44,158 nt of DNA from Oscillatoria sp. PCC 10802 (GCF_000332335.1 NZ_KB235948.1:2804513-2848670), one strand, 5' to 3'. Positions 1 to 10,241 are shown, counted from the stretch's first letter. Numbers and translations are program-made. The notes: generated by a model from the sequence alone, not told the origin.

Positions 1-969
1 TCGACATCGAGTTTACTAAGGGAATCGTGAGGTAAATCCGGTCTGGGTGAGGAATCTCCCGTCTCTGGGTCGTATATTTCCAGAGGTTCCCTGTAGCTCC
101 AGATGTCATACTGTCGCAGCTGGGTTGCTACCTGTTTTAGTTCTTTTAGTAACTCCACCGGCGTGCTGGTGGCGACGCCTCGTTCCTGCAATCCGGCTAG
201 CATTTCTTTAAGCTGAGCGGCTGAAGGATCGGGACATTTCCTCTCTCCCTTTTGCTGCTGGCGTCTGTCCCTACGGTAGACGGCGTGAAAGATTTCGGCG
301 AGGTGGCGCTGGCGCACAGGGAGAAGTTCCAGCTGTTTGGGTCTGGCTCTATTCAGGAGCGCCCAGTCGCTCAAATGTTTAAAGCCAAAGTCCGATAAAA
401 AATCTTTGATCTCTTGATTTTGTTGGGTTTGCAAGTAGGCCCAGTTGTCCAAGCTCATGCTGGATTTGGGGTCCTGCTTAAAGGTTCGCAAAATCTCAAC
501 GGCAAAATATTTATAAGCCGCTGGCTTCGCTTCACCACTGTCATCCAGAATAAGTTGAGTTTTACCCTCCCTGTCCAGGAGGATGAGACTTTGACCGTCG
601 TCATTCAGGACAAAGGGCAGCAAATCCCGGTAGCTGAAGGATTTTCCCCCATTGAAGAAACGGGCGATTTTTTGGCAGGCTTTGAGGATGAGGTAAGACA
701 CTCTGCACCGCAGGCAAAGTCCAGCTAGAGCGCGAGTTGTGGCGTCAGCAGAAGACTTCTTGGCGTGAAAATAAAAGAGCAGGGCGGCTTGAATCTCCTT
801 ATCCCGATGATGAGTGTTCTGGTTCGAGAGAGCCTGTTTTGCCTCTCTTTGCAGAAATTGTTTCTGAAAGAACTCCTGTGCCGCTGGGACTGCACAGTAT
901 TCGTATTCAACCCTTTCACTGGCCAGACGGATTCGGTAGATTTTCCCGTACCTGGATGGCGCTTCCATA
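1..969 (-). CDS. Hypothetical protein, N-terminal ~320 aa; ORF continues past the window start. Start could be ATG at 969 or GTG at 1067.
   Basis: My manual minus-strand translation gives an uninterrupted frame from ~1095 down to position 1 (..MEAPSRYGKIYRIRLASERVEYEYCAVPAAQEFF...LILLDREGKTQLILDDSGEAKPAAYKYF...LRQYDIWSYREPLEIYDPETGDSS..). It is not in the ORF track because it runs off the edge. I recognise no family. Confidence 0.5.
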
Positions 970-1782
970 ACCACTGCGATGACCTCACGTTGGCTGAGCT
1001 GCTCGTCTACTTGTATCAAAGAAATAGGTGCGCGTGTTTTGAGCTTATGCAGTTCCGGAGCCACCACCCCAGTGCAGCGGGCAGAAATCCAAGACCGGCC
1101 TGCCAGTGTGGCCCGCCGAAGCGAAACGAATCAGCAACAAACAGCTGGCACATTAGATTTAACGGTAATTGCTAACTGGGAAATTGTCAAGGGGGGTTGG
1201 TTCAGTATCCTGGTGAGTTGCTCAAACGCGCCGGTTTTAGCTCTGTTGCCCAGATAGGTCGTGGTTCAGGGAAGTGCTGGCCCCTTTATAGCGTCAGACC
1301 AAGTTCCCCAGAGATGACAGCCCGAATAGTAGTGGAGCCGTTCAAGGATGTGGCCGCCCCACCAGCGAGGAAGCCCTGTGGTCTAGCGGGCTGGGACATC
1401 TTGGACATGGGACGGCGCAAGTTCTGCCCCCCACACTTTGCCGGCGGGCACTGGGGCCAGCCGGCGAAAATCCTTGCGGTGTAAAGCTTTTGGGCTGCTT
1501 GTCACCCCAAAAGCCGGCGATAGTTCTCCCATTTGCATCTCCAAACTGCATAAGTTGATTTCAGTTCCCCCTATGAGGACGCAGGAGGAGGACAAACAAT
1601 GTTTACTATAATGGAGGCCAAAATGGCGTCGATAAGAATTACTGGCGGGGTGCGTGGACAGGAAAAAATGGGGGCAAAGCTGCCGGCTTTTTCCCCTCCC
1701 CCAGCGATGCTAAGCTGGGTTGCGTGCCGGCTGCCGGCAAAAATGATAAACTCAGAATATAGAGTTTAGGGGAATAGTTGCC

Positions 1783-2346
1783 ATGCAACCTGAGGGAATA
1801 TTTGGCGAATTGCCGGCGCTCGAAACTGACCGGCTGCTGCTGCGAAAAATGACCCTAGAGGATGCGGCGGATATGTTTGAATATGCTAGCGATACAGCTG
1901 TCGCCAAATTCACCACCTGGAGGGCGCACAAGTCTGTAGAAGATAGCAAGTTATTCCTGTTTGCGGTGATCGATGAGTACAGTAAACAGGAGCCGTCTTC
2001 TTGGGGAATAGAGGAAAAATTTGAGCGGAAGCTGATCGGCTCCTGTGGGTTTGTTAATTGGAGTCCTTCTGACTTTCGTGGGGAAATTGGCTACGCCCTC
2101 TCCAGAAAATACTGGGGGAAAGGATATATGACTGAGGCAGTCCGGGCGGCGATTGACTTTGGCTTTCGCACTTTGCTGCTGAATCGCATTGAAGCCAGAT
2201 GCGAGATTAAAAATCTTGCTTCCGCCCGCGTCATGGAAAAAGCCGGCATGAAATTTGAAGGGATCTTGCGACAGCACGCCTTTTATAAGGGTGCCTTTCG
2301 CGATTTGAAAATGTACTCTATTCTCAGGAAGGAATGGGTGGAGTGA
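1783..2346 (+). CDS. GNAT family N-acetyltransferase (RimJ/RimL-like)
   Basis: 187 aa: LLLRKMTLEDAADMFEYASD...IGSCGFVNW...GEIGYALSRKYWGKGYMTEAVRAAIDFGF...RIEARCEIKNLASARVMEKAGMKFEGILRQ is a typical RimL-type acetyltransferase fold signature. Confidence 0.85.
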   Translation: MQPEGIFGELPALETDRLLLRKMTLEDAADMFEYASDTAVAKFTTWRAHKSVEDSKLFLFAVIDEYSKQEPSSWGIEEKFERKLIGSCGFVNWSPSDFRGEIGYALSRKYWGKGYMTEAVRAAIDFGFRTLLLNRIEARCEIKNLASARVMEKAGMKFEGILRQHAFYKGAFRDLKMYSILRKEWVE

Positions 2347-2383
2347 GCCTCGATCGAATACCCAGTTGGCATAGATATAGCAG

Positions 2384-2555
2384 CAGTCATATAGCAGTAG
2401 CCACTTAGATTAGGACGTAGGACCGGCGTCTCGCCTGTCCCAGAGATATTGAGGGCACGGAGGGAACGCCTGCCCTGCGCCTTCCCTCCGATAGCGAAGC
2501 GGGACGCGACAGCGTCCTGCCCGTGTCCTAAACTGACTGCCTACTGCTATATTGG
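2384..2555. repeat. MITE-like element (family A/B: ends TATAGCAGCAGTCATAT / TATAGCAGTAGCCACTTAG...CTGCTATA) with internal GC-rich hairpin
   Basis: Terminal inverted repeats tatagcagtagccacttagattaggacg ... cgtgtcctaaactgactgcctactgctata. Related copies lie at 3300, 8945, 13397, 14915, 20614, 28753, 30614, 43745. Confidence 0.7.
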
Positions 2556-3215
2556 TTAGGATAGGGGGAGCAAGGGAGCGGGGGAGCGGGGGAGGCCCGA
2601 TAGAACTGCTGCATCAACTGATGGTTGCCAGCTCCCTCAAAGGTTAGTGGTGCTATCAAGTTCTCGCCTCTAAAAGCGGCTACTATACTTACTCTTGAGT
2701 TGCTGCGACCAGACTTAACGGCGTAAAATCTTTCACTTCTGTCACACCATCCATAGGGATAATCCTCTCGTTTATCTAGACCGAACTCATCAACAAAACC
2801 CAGACTGTCTCGTTATTGGCCCTCAAGAGGCGGTAGAAACGCCTTTCTTGAAACCTCATCCCTTTCTGCGTAACCCTAAGTTTTTTTTTCGGGTGAATCC
2901 AATTTTTTTTAAGGCGCGACTGAACGTGGAAGGACTGATTTCTCCAGGCCAGGCTTGCACCATTTCTGCTTGAGTTTTTTCTGCGTTGGCCAGGACAAAT
3001 TGACGAAAAGACTCCAAGTCTTTGATTTTATGTCCCCATCCCTGTTGATAGCCCGAACCCGGTTTCAAGTTCCCCGTCTCGGACTGACGCTTGCGCCACT
3101 GGTAAATTGTATTGCGGCTCACGTCAAAGACCCGAGCGGCTTCAGCTATACTCATCCCCCGTTCTACGGCACTGATGACTTTTTGGCGCAGATCGTAGCT
3201 ATAGGGTGCTGGCAT
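2556..3215 (-). pseudogene. IS630-family transposase remnant: N-terminal HTH ORF intact, DDE region frameshifted, 3' part replaced by a MITE
   Basis: ORF 2856..3215 = MPAPYSYDLRQKVISAVERGMSIAEAARVFDVSRNTIYQWRKR...KIGFTRKK is a classic IS630 N-terminus. Downstream minus frames give ..VDEFGLDKREDYPYGWCDRSERFYAVKSGRSNSRVSIVAAFRGENLIAPLTFEGAGN.. (DDE core) in shifted frames. The homopolymer A/T runs at 2880-2915 are where the frame is lost. The reading frame then runs straight into the MITE end at ~2556. Confidence 0.8.
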
Positions 3216-3250
3216 ATATCATAGACTCCTAAACGCTTTTTATTACTATT
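2556..3250 (-). mobile_element. Degenerate IS630-family insertion sequence, 3' end deleted
   Basis: Same evidence as the transposase pseudogene; no intact right end found. Confidence 0.6.
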
Positions 3251-3299
3251 TTAGCATGTTCTGACCTAAATGACAAGTGCTATCCCAATTTGGGATTTT

Positions 3300-3382
3300 T
3301 ATAGCAGCAGTCAGATTGGGCACAGACATCAGGCGTTCGCTGCGATCAAAGCTGTCCGCGCCCCAAGTGAATACCGCTATAC
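3300..3382. repeat. MITE-like element (tatagcagcagtcagattggg ... gtgaataccgctata)
   Basis: Shares TIR and internal ggcgttcgctgcgatc hairpin with the copy at 13397. Confidence 0.65.
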
Positions 3383-3397
3383 AGTTCGCCCAGCAAA

Positions 3398-3436
3398 AAA
3401 ACCCCGTGTAACCGGGGTTCACTCTTAGGGATTCAC
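3398..3436 (-). terminator. Rho-independent terminator of the fasciclin gene
   Basis: Minus-strand stem ccccggttacacgggg followed by TTTTTTT. Confidence 0.6.
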
Positions 3437-3461
3437 CGGCTTTCCGGCAGTATGGCTCGCC

Positions 3462-4109
3462 CTACATATTGGGCGGCAGAATCACCTTATCGATGACGTG
3501 GATAACGCCGTTGCTGGCTTCGATGTCCGCCGCAGTCACATTTGCCTGATTCACCATCACCTTGCCGGCATCAACTTTAACCATAACGGGGCTGCCTTCA
3601 ACCGTCGCCACGTCTCCAGACTGCAGGCTGCCAGACTTGACGGCACCGGGAACCACATGGTATGTCAAAATCTTGACCAGTTTGTCTCTGTTCTCCGGCT
3701 TTAACAGCTGTTCCACAGTGCCCTTTGGCAAAGCGGCAAACGCTTCATCCGTGGGCGCAAAAACAGTGAACGGGCCTTTCCCTGCCAGGGTGTCCACCAG
3801 ACCGGCAGCTTGCAGAGCCGCTGTCAGGGTCTTGAATGAGTCATTCTTACTGGCGATATCCACAATGCTAGGGCTGGTCGCGGCTGCAGCAGGACCGGCT
3901 ACCTCAACCTCGACGGCGGAGGTGGGAGACGCCGGCTGAGGGGCGCTATTACAGGACTTCGCCGAAACTGGCATGCTGAGCAAGAAACTGGCACCGGCAA
4001 CTGCCACAAGGCCAGCTAGCTTTCCGCCCCAGGTTTTAACGCTCTCTACCTTCATAGCTTTCTGGTCTTCCTTGGCCCGATTTTTACGAATTGTAAACTT
4101 ATGTTTCAT
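3462..4109 (-). CDS. Fasciclin (FAS1) domain protein, secreted
   Basis: [23 protein letters not shown]...LTYHVVPG...[17 protein letters not shown]1 motifs; N-terminal hydrophobic signal (alternative start at 4049). Confidence 0.85.
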   Translation of the reverse strand: MKHKFTIRKNRAKEDQKAMKVESVKTWGGKLAGLVAVAGASFLLSMPVSAKSCNSAPQPASPTSAVEVEVAGPAAAATSPSIVDIASKNDSFKTLTAALQAAGLVDTLAGKGPFTVFAPTDEAFAALPKGTVEQLLKPENRDKLVKILTYHVVPGAVKSGSLQSGDVATVEGSPVMVKVDAGKVMVNQANVTAADIEASNGVIHVIDKVILPPNM

Positions 4110-4383
4110 TGTATATCATTTCCTGCCGGTCAGCACTGCCAGCCGTGCCGGAAAAATTTCCCCCCTGGCTGAGTAGGAATACTTAGGCATGCCGGAGGGA
4201 ACCCTTGTGCGGTTCTGATTCGCACGAAATCGGGGCGAGCCGGTGGGGCGAGCCGGCAGCCCCCAGCTTTTAAGCATTTAATTGTTATTTTTTCATGATT
4301 ATAAAACTAGGCCAGCAAGTAATTTATATTAAAAGGAGCCGTTTTTATTTAAATCGTTTTGAGGGCAAATTGAATGTGCAGGT

Positions 4384-4450
4384 CCCTAACCCCTAACCCT
4401 TAACCCCCAACACCTCACCCCTCACCCCAACCCCTAACCCCTAACAGCTA
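4384..4450. repeat. STRR-like heptamer tract (CCCCTAA/CCCTAAC variants)
   Basis: ccctaacccctaacccttaacccccaacacctcacccctcaccccaacccctaacccctaac. Confidence 0.7.
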
Positions 4451-4891
4451 ACGCTGCTGCTGCGTCAGGTTCTTCCTTATGGCAGATGGAACCCCAGTGG
4501 CAAATTGATAGGGTAGCAATGGAAACCAATACAGTTCACATTCAAAGTGCGTTCCGCCCCATTTATCCTTGGAGGGGAAAGTTATCAAAAGCTAGGACGT
4601 AGTGACAGCCCCAATCAAAGCCAAGAACTTTGATGAAAACAAACTCTGCGTGCAGTTGCTTTTGGTTAAACAGGTGAGTCTAGCCGCTGGCAGTGCCTGA
4701 AGCCCAACAAGCCTGGATAAAATTAGCGGAACGCGCAGCGGCGCGGAGTGCGCGCGGTGAGCGATTCCCCCGGGAACGGGAGTGGGGCGCGGGGTTCCCA
4801 TGAAAAACCCCACCCTACCAACTACAACCATTTACGGGCAGGAGGGTAGCGGTTATTCCTTTGAAACAACTTTTTTGCAGGAGAAAAAATC

Positions 4892-5164
4892 ATGTGGGAC
4901 ATTATTGCTTGGATTGTCTTAGGTCTGATTGCTGGCGCAATTGCTAAAGCCATCTATCCAGGAACCCAAGGTGGCGGTATGGTTGCCACCATCGTTCTGG
5001 GTATTTTGGGCGCAGTCGTTGGGGGCTGGGTGGGCAGAATGCTGATAGGGACAAGCGCCGGGGCTTCCTACGGGGCGCTGACGCTCCCCAGCATTGCTTT
5101 GGCGGTGCTGGGTGCGATGATTGTCCTTTTCTTGTGGGGTTTGTTCACTCGCCGCGCCGCCTGA
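4892..5164 (+). CDS. GlsB/YeaQ/YmgE family stress-response membrane protein
   Basis: 90 aa, MWDIIAWIVLGLIAGAIAKAIYPG..GGMVATIVLGILGAVVGGW; RBS GGAGAAAAAATC ATG. Confidence 0.8.
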   Translation: MWDIIAWIVLGLIAGAIAKAIYPGTQGGGMVATIVLGILGAVVGGWVGRMLIGTSAGASYGALTLPSIALAVLGAMIVLFLWGLFTRRAA

Positions 5165-5259
5165 TAGCAACACCGCCCGCTCTGCGGGTTCGGATGTTTC
5201 ACTCTCCCCCAGCGCTCAGGCTGGGGGAGCTTTCCGCTTGAGAGTATGGAGGGAGAGCA

Positions 5260-5463
5260 ATGCCCTGGAGCGAAAACAACTATCCAGCCTCGATGAAGAA
5301 CCTCACCGAGGAGGTGAGAGACAAGGCCATTGAGATAGCAAATGCTTTACTCGAAGAAAAGGATTACGATGAAGGTAAGGCAATTCCGATCGCGATCGCC
5401 AAAGCAGAGGAATGGGCCAGCCGGCGCGGCAAGCCGGTGAAACAGCGAGACTATACCGACTGA
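5260..5463 (+). CDS. Small hypothetical protein (67 aa)
   Basis: MPWSENNYPASMKNLTEEVRDKAIEIANALLEE...; GGAGGGAG Shine-Dalgarno 6 nt upstream. Confidence 0.5.
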   Translation: MPWSENNYPASMKNLTEEVRDKAIEIANALLEEKDYDEGKAIPIAIAKAEEWASRRGKPVKQRDYTD

Positions 5464-5523
5464 TGCTATTTTCTAACAAGTCAGCGTTCTGCGGCAACCT
5501 CAACAAGCTTAAGGAGATAGAAA

Positions 5524-6315
5524 ATGCTGGAACTGTATCAATCTGAACTGTCCCCGTACAGCGAGAAAGTGCGGCTGATGCTGGACTACAAAGGGCTGGC
5601 GTACCGGAAAATTGAAGTCACACCGGGAGTGGGACAGCTTGAAGTGTACCGGCTCTCCGGTCAGCCTCAGGTGCCGGTGCTCAAGGACGGTAATGTAGTT
5701 GTAGCCGATTCTACAGAAATTGCCAAATATCTCGACCGGCAGTATCCGGACCGCCCCCTGATTCCCGCCGGTGACAAACAGCGGGGGCTGTGCCTGCTGA
5801 TGGAAGAATGGGCGGACGAGTCGATTGGGGCGAAAAGTCAGAAGCTGCTGTTTTCCGCCCTCAGTTCTGACGGCAGCTTCCGCAGCGCCCTGCTGCCACC
5901 GGCAACCCCCGATTTCCTCAGAACCCTCGTGGAAGCAGTTCCTGCGGACTTGCTCAAGGCGCTCGGCACCGGCATCGGCGCGGGACCTGACACCGTGAGC
6001 GCCGCAATGGAATCCATCAAGCAAGACTTGGAAGCCCTCTGCTTGCTGCTGCAAGACAGCCCCTATTTGGTGGGCTCCCAGCCGACTCTAGCAGATTTTG
6101 CCGTAGCGGGGCTGTCGATATTCCTCAAGTTCCCAGAAGGACCCTATCTGGATATCCCAGAAAGGCTCAAAGGCAAAGGCGTGTCCGGAATTGCTGACAA
6201 TTACCTGTACGCACCGTTTTTCTCCTGGCGGGCTCGCCTGTACGACCAATATCGCCAACCGCTGACGCCCACCGGCACCACCGGCTCTGCGCCAACTTCG
6301 ATTCAAATAGAATAG
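5524..6315 (+). CDS. Glutathione S-transferase family protein
   Basis: N-terminal thioredoxin-like GST fold (LELYQSELSPYSEKVRLMLDYKGLAYRKIEV...PQVPVLKDGNVVVADSTEIAKYLD); RBS AAGGAGA. Confidence 0.8.
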   Translation: MLELYQSELSPYSEKVRLMLDYKGLAYRKIEVTPGVGQLEVYRLSGQPQVPVLKDGNVVVADSTEIAKYLDRQYPDRPLIPAGDKQRGLCLLMEEWADESIGAKSQKLLFSALSSDGSFRSALLPPATPDFLRTLVEAVPADLLKALGTGIGAGPDTVSAAMESIKQDLEALCLLLQDSPYLVGSQPTLADFAVAGLSIFLKFPEGPYLDIPERLKGKGVSGIADNYLYAPFFSWRARLYDQYRQPLTPTGTTGSAPTSIQIE

Positions 6316-6865
6316 TCGGATCGGGGTGGGTAACGCCAGGGAAGCAACTGATTTCTGCGGGGCGCAAGAGTGAGGCGCGCCGGCACGACTGCTCAGAAGA
6401 GCGCCAGTGCGGTGCTTTTCGCAAGCGCTGGCACCCCACTTCTATCCGGTGCCTTGGGTGATGCGAACGGGAGCATCAAGGGTTGTGCGAGCGTTGCCCA
6501 TATCAATGCGACAGTGATTTTAGCCGGGGGTAGGAGGAGAAGAGTTTTGGCCAGCACCCATCCCGGAAATGGGATTGAAACAACGGCACCCAACCCCAGC
6601 AACAGAGCCCACCGGCTGCAAAAGATGCCGGTGGGTTTTGAATTTTCAACCGCCTCCCCTGAAGCGCCCCACGCCCTGACAGAGGCAATTTCCCCTCGCA
6701 CCGGACGCTCCCGCCCGCCAGCGAGTTCGGGCGGCTCCGCCTCCCATTCTAGCACAAGCCGGTTCAACCCCAGCTCCTGTTTCCAGAGAGACAAAACCTT
6801 GCCCCTGCTAGCTATAAAATCAAAATTGATCGTAAGATCAGCCAGAAGCTTGAGAGATTAGAGCG

Positions 6866-8599
6866 ATGAATCTAGACAAACCACTGGGATCGGTTATTCA
6901 AGGTTCTCTCAGTGAGGGGGTGGAAGTCCGGCTGCATCCTGATGTCTCCGTTGAAGAGATGCGGGTGGGCAAGTTTTTGGTAGTGCAAGGCGTGCGAGCG
7001 CAGTTTTTTTGCCTGCTCACCGATGTCATCCTGGGAACCTCTAGCCCCCGCATTCTTGCCGATCCCCCCCTCGCCAGCGACACTTTGCTGCAGGAAATTC
7101 TGGCGGGAAGCAGCACCTACGGCACCCTGCAGCTCGCCCTAATGCTGATGTTCACCCCACCAAACCCGGAAAAAGCCCTCCGCAACTCCGCCCTTAAGTC
7201 GAAAGCGAGCAAAGCGGCGAAATCAAAGCTGGCGTCGTTTGAGGCGCAAACCAGCAGTGACATGGAATTGCTGCCGGTGAAAACCATTCCCAGCCATTTC
7301 TCGCAGGTGTATGAAGCCACCGAGGAAGACTTTCGCTGCGTTTTCGGTTGGGAAGACGATCCCTACCGGCGCAACTTCGCGATCGGCAAACCCATTGACA
7401 TGGACGTGCCGGTGTGCGTCGATCTCGACCGGCTCGTCGAGCGCAGCAACGGAATCTTCGGCAAATCCGGCACCGGCAAGTCTTTTCTCACCCGCCTGCT
7501 GCTGTCTGGAATTATCCGCAAGCAAGCTGCAGTGAACCTGATTTTTGACATGCACTCCGAGTATGGCTGGGAAGCTGTTTCGGAAGGCAAGCAGTACAGC
7601 ACGGTCAAGGGGTTGCGCCAGCTGTTTCCCGGTCAAGTTGAAATTTACACCCTCGATCCCATTTCTACAAGAAGTCGCGGCGTGCGCGACGCCCAAGAAC
7701 TGTTTCTCAGCTACGACCAAATTGAGGTCGAAGATATCGCCCTGGTGCAGCGGGAGTTCAACCTTTCGGACGTCGCTATGGAAAATGCTTTGATCCTGCG
7801 CAACGAGCTTGGCAAATCCTGGATTAGAGATTTGCTGGGCATGAGCAGTGAGGACATTCGGGAATTCTGCGAGACGAAGAAAGGAAACAAAGCTTCGATT
7901 GGGGCGCTCCAGCGCAAGCTCGTGCGCCTGGAGGAGATGAAATACATGCGCGACGACAAGGCAGCTAAAAATTATCTCACCCATATTTTAAACTCCCTGG
8001 ATGCCGGCAAGCATGTGGTGATTGAGTTTGGCTCCCACGCGGATATGCTATCATATATGATGGTGACGAATATGATATCCCGGCGGATTCACGCTAGCTA
8101 TGTGCGCAATTCCGAGAAGTTCTTGCGCACCAAAAATCCCAACGATCGCCCCCGCCAGCTGGTGATTACTATCGAAGAAGCCCACCGCTTTCTCGACCCC
8201 TCTGTCGTCGGCTCCACGATTTTTGGCACCATCGCCCGCGAGATGCGGAAATATTTTGTTACCCTTTTGATAGTTGACCAGCGCCCGTCGGGCATTGATA
8301 ATGAGATTATGTCTCAGATTGGCACCCGCATCACCGCTTTGCTCAACGATCAAAAAGACATTGACGCCATTTTCACCGGCGTTGCGGGAGCTGCCGGTTT
8401 GCGCTCTGTTTTGGCCAAGCTGGATTCCAAGCAACAAGCGCTGGTTCTCGGACACGCCGTACCGATGCCGGTGGTGGTGCAAACTCGCCCCTACGACGAA
8501 ACTTTTTACAGGGAAATTGGCGAGATGGATTGGGAAAATATGCCCACAGAACTTGTGATGGAAGAAAGTGAATCCGCTATGGCGGATCTGGGGTTCTAG
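6866..8599 (+). CDS. HerA-like / DUF87 P-loop ATPase (FtsK-HerA superfamily)
   Basis: 577 aa; N-terminal barrel-like region, Walker A FGKSGTGKSFLT, Walker B-like LVITIEEAHRFL, LLIVDQRPS motif. TATAAAAT -10-like box at 6813. Confidence 0.7.
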   Translation: MNLDKPLGSVIQGSLSEGVEVRLHPDVSVEEMRVGKFLVVQGVRAQFFCLLTDVILGTSSPRILADPPLASDTLLQEILAGSSTYGTLQLALMLMFTPPNPEKALRNSALKSKASKAAKSKLASFEAQTSSDMELLPVKTIPSHFSQVYEATEEDFRCVFGWEDDPYRRNFAIGKPIDMDVPVCVDLDRLVERSNGIFGKSGTGKSFLTRLLLSGIIRKQAAVNLIFDMHSEYGWEAVSEGKQYSTVKGLRQLFPGQVEIYTLDPISTRSRGVRDAQELFLSYDQIEVEDIALVQREFNLSDVAMENALILRNELGKSWIRDLLGMSSEDIREFCETKKGNKASIGALQRKLVRLEEMKYMRDDKAAKNYLTHILNSLDAGKHVVIEFGSHADMLSYMMVTNMISRRIHASYVRNSEKFLRTKNPNDRPRQLVITIEEAHRFLDPSVVGSTIFGTIAREMRKYFVTLLIVDQRPSGIDNEIMSQIGTRITALLNDQKDIDAIFTGVAGAAGLRSVLAKLDSKQQALVLGHAVPMPVVVQTRPYDETFYREIGEMDWENMPTELVMEESESAMADLGF

Positions 8600-8896
8600 T
8601 AGGGGCACCGGGCATGGGTCATTGGGCATCATCGCATGGGGAAGGGGGCATCATCGCATGGGGTTAATTATAAACTTCTCTCCTAAAACCTAAAACCTAA
8701 CCCCTATAGCGTTTTTGATATTCCTGAGGTACTGAAAAGCCCGGTTTCTTAAAGAAACCGGGTTTGGCGCACTCCCCCAACTGAAACCCGCTAAAATGCC
8801 TAAAATATACAGCATTTAATTTGCACTTTTCATTTCTATTCTACCGTTCCGGGGCAGGCACGAAAACCCTCCAATACTGGCAAAATAACGCAATCA

Positions 8897-9106
8897 GGAG
8901 GCTCTGCCTCCTTTCAAGGGAAAAGCAGGTTAAAAGCATAACAGCTTATAGCAGTAGCCACTTAGGTCCGTACATTTCGGCCTCTTTTGCACCCCCGCAC
9001 TCCTGCTCCTATTGTCCTAACCCATATTACTACTGGCATATAGACGTAGGCCAGCGTCTGGCTGCCCTGAAGGTCTAATGTTTTAACCTAAGTGCATACT
9101 GCTATA
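8897..9106. repeat. Cluster of small repeat elements (family 3 element 8897-8937; two MITE copies 8945-9106)
   Basis: ggaggctctgcctcctttcaagggaaaagcaggttaaaagc; tatagcagtagccacttaggtcc ... cctaagtgcatactgctata. Confidence 0.65.
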
Positions 9107-9201
9107 ACTGCTGGGCATGAGGCATGGCAATTTTTAGGGGCGGTTTCATCCAAATCTTTGCCCGAAACAGCCAAATATTAATAAACTCAAAACAGCCAAT
9201 C

Positions 9202-9234
9202 CTGGCCTCCTGGCCTCCTGGCCTCCGGGCCTCT
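9202..9234. repeat. Octamer tandem repeat (CTGGCCTC)x4
   Basis: cctggcctcctggcctcctggcctccgggcctc. Confidence 0.6.
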
Positions 9235-10241
9235 ACAGGACCGGCGCGCCTCACGCCCAAGCTCAACGAGCGTCCTCAAATGTGTCTCACGAGAAAATGC
9301 GACGGGTAACAAACTTTCCAGTAACGCCAGCATAATAATAAAGTGCTGTGGAAATTGAGAGTGAGAGTCCACCGGCTCTGGTGCCGGTGCGGTGCTGCCC
9401 TCTCTGCTGCCGGCATCTGCCTTTGCCATATCTTTCCGCCAACAATACCATGCCGGCTGCAAATTGTCAATCCCCCGCCCGCTGACCGCAGCGCCGCTTG
9501 TGGTGGCGGGCGCAGCGTCACCCAAACGAAGAGCCGGTTGAGCAATCTCACCGTCTGGCTATCACCCTATTTTCCGCCCCCACAGGTTCGGCAATCCCGA
9601 GCCAAAGGGACTTCCCAGTTGCCTGTGGCTGCGGCATCATAGAAATCAGGAGGATTCTGCACTGCCAACCAGCAGCTATTAAGCCAGAATGGGACAGATG
9701 TTGCGTGTCAGGTCATAAGAAGCGCCCAGTGTCACCCACAACACACTCGCCGCCTGCGGAGTGGCGGGCTGCCTCTCACCGGGGCGGCCTTGCCGGTGCG
9801 GAGCGGCCTTCCGAGCGCCTAAATGTCAGTGTTCCCTCATCGGGGAGACCGCCGGCAAATCTGCCCTGCGGGGGATTTGCCCCTGATGCTTTTCCAATTA
9901 TATGTAGAAAAGCTTAATTTTACCGGCATTTTCGGGAAAGCTTAAGAATATAAGAGTTGAGGAGCAACCCAAGACTGTTTACAGGCGTCTAAATGTGGAA
10001 TACTGTAAAAAAAGGCAAACTCATACCGACTTCGAGTTTTAAGCACCTGTCACCCCGTACTGTCTGTTGCCGGTGTGGCGGCCAGGGGTGGCCGGTGTAG
10101 GGGCGGGCCACCGACGAAGACCGCCCTCCGACGCGAGCGACCTTCTAAGAGCTTCAACCGATTCAAACGCGCTCTCCTGCCCTGAGAGTGGGGCAGGTGA
10201 ATGAACCTTTAATTTTCATTTAGGGAGTTCACGACTCACTC

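Noticed and set aside
1321-1375. Peptide ARIVVEPFKDVAAPPA, which resembles cyanobacterial tmRNA tag peptides (ANNIV.F.R.AAPVAA).
   Set aside because: There is no stop codon after it. No tRNA-like GGGG 5' end or GGTTCGAATCC...CCA 3' end is nearby on either strand. Likely coincidence inside a non-coding or shadow frame.
4592-4831. 79-aa minus ORF in the intergenic region upstream of the GlsB gene.
   Set aside because: Lies in a hairpin-rich GC region (gggaacgggagtggggcgcggggttccc). No RBS and an implausible product.
6370-6861. 163-aa ORF ending 4 bp before the HerA start, as a possible operon partner.
   Set aside because: Arg/Ser/Ala-rich low-complexity translation typical of an out-of-frame read of GC-rich DNA. 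No RBS. The alternative minus-strand ORF 6393-6794 is kept only as a question in findings.
9300-10240. Several 90-140-aa ORFs on both strands upstream of the sigma factor gene.
   Set aside because: They overlap each other in a 63% GC stretch and have Arg/Cys/Pro-rich products. The stretch is more plausibly the long 5' leader or promoter region typical of group-2 sigma genes.
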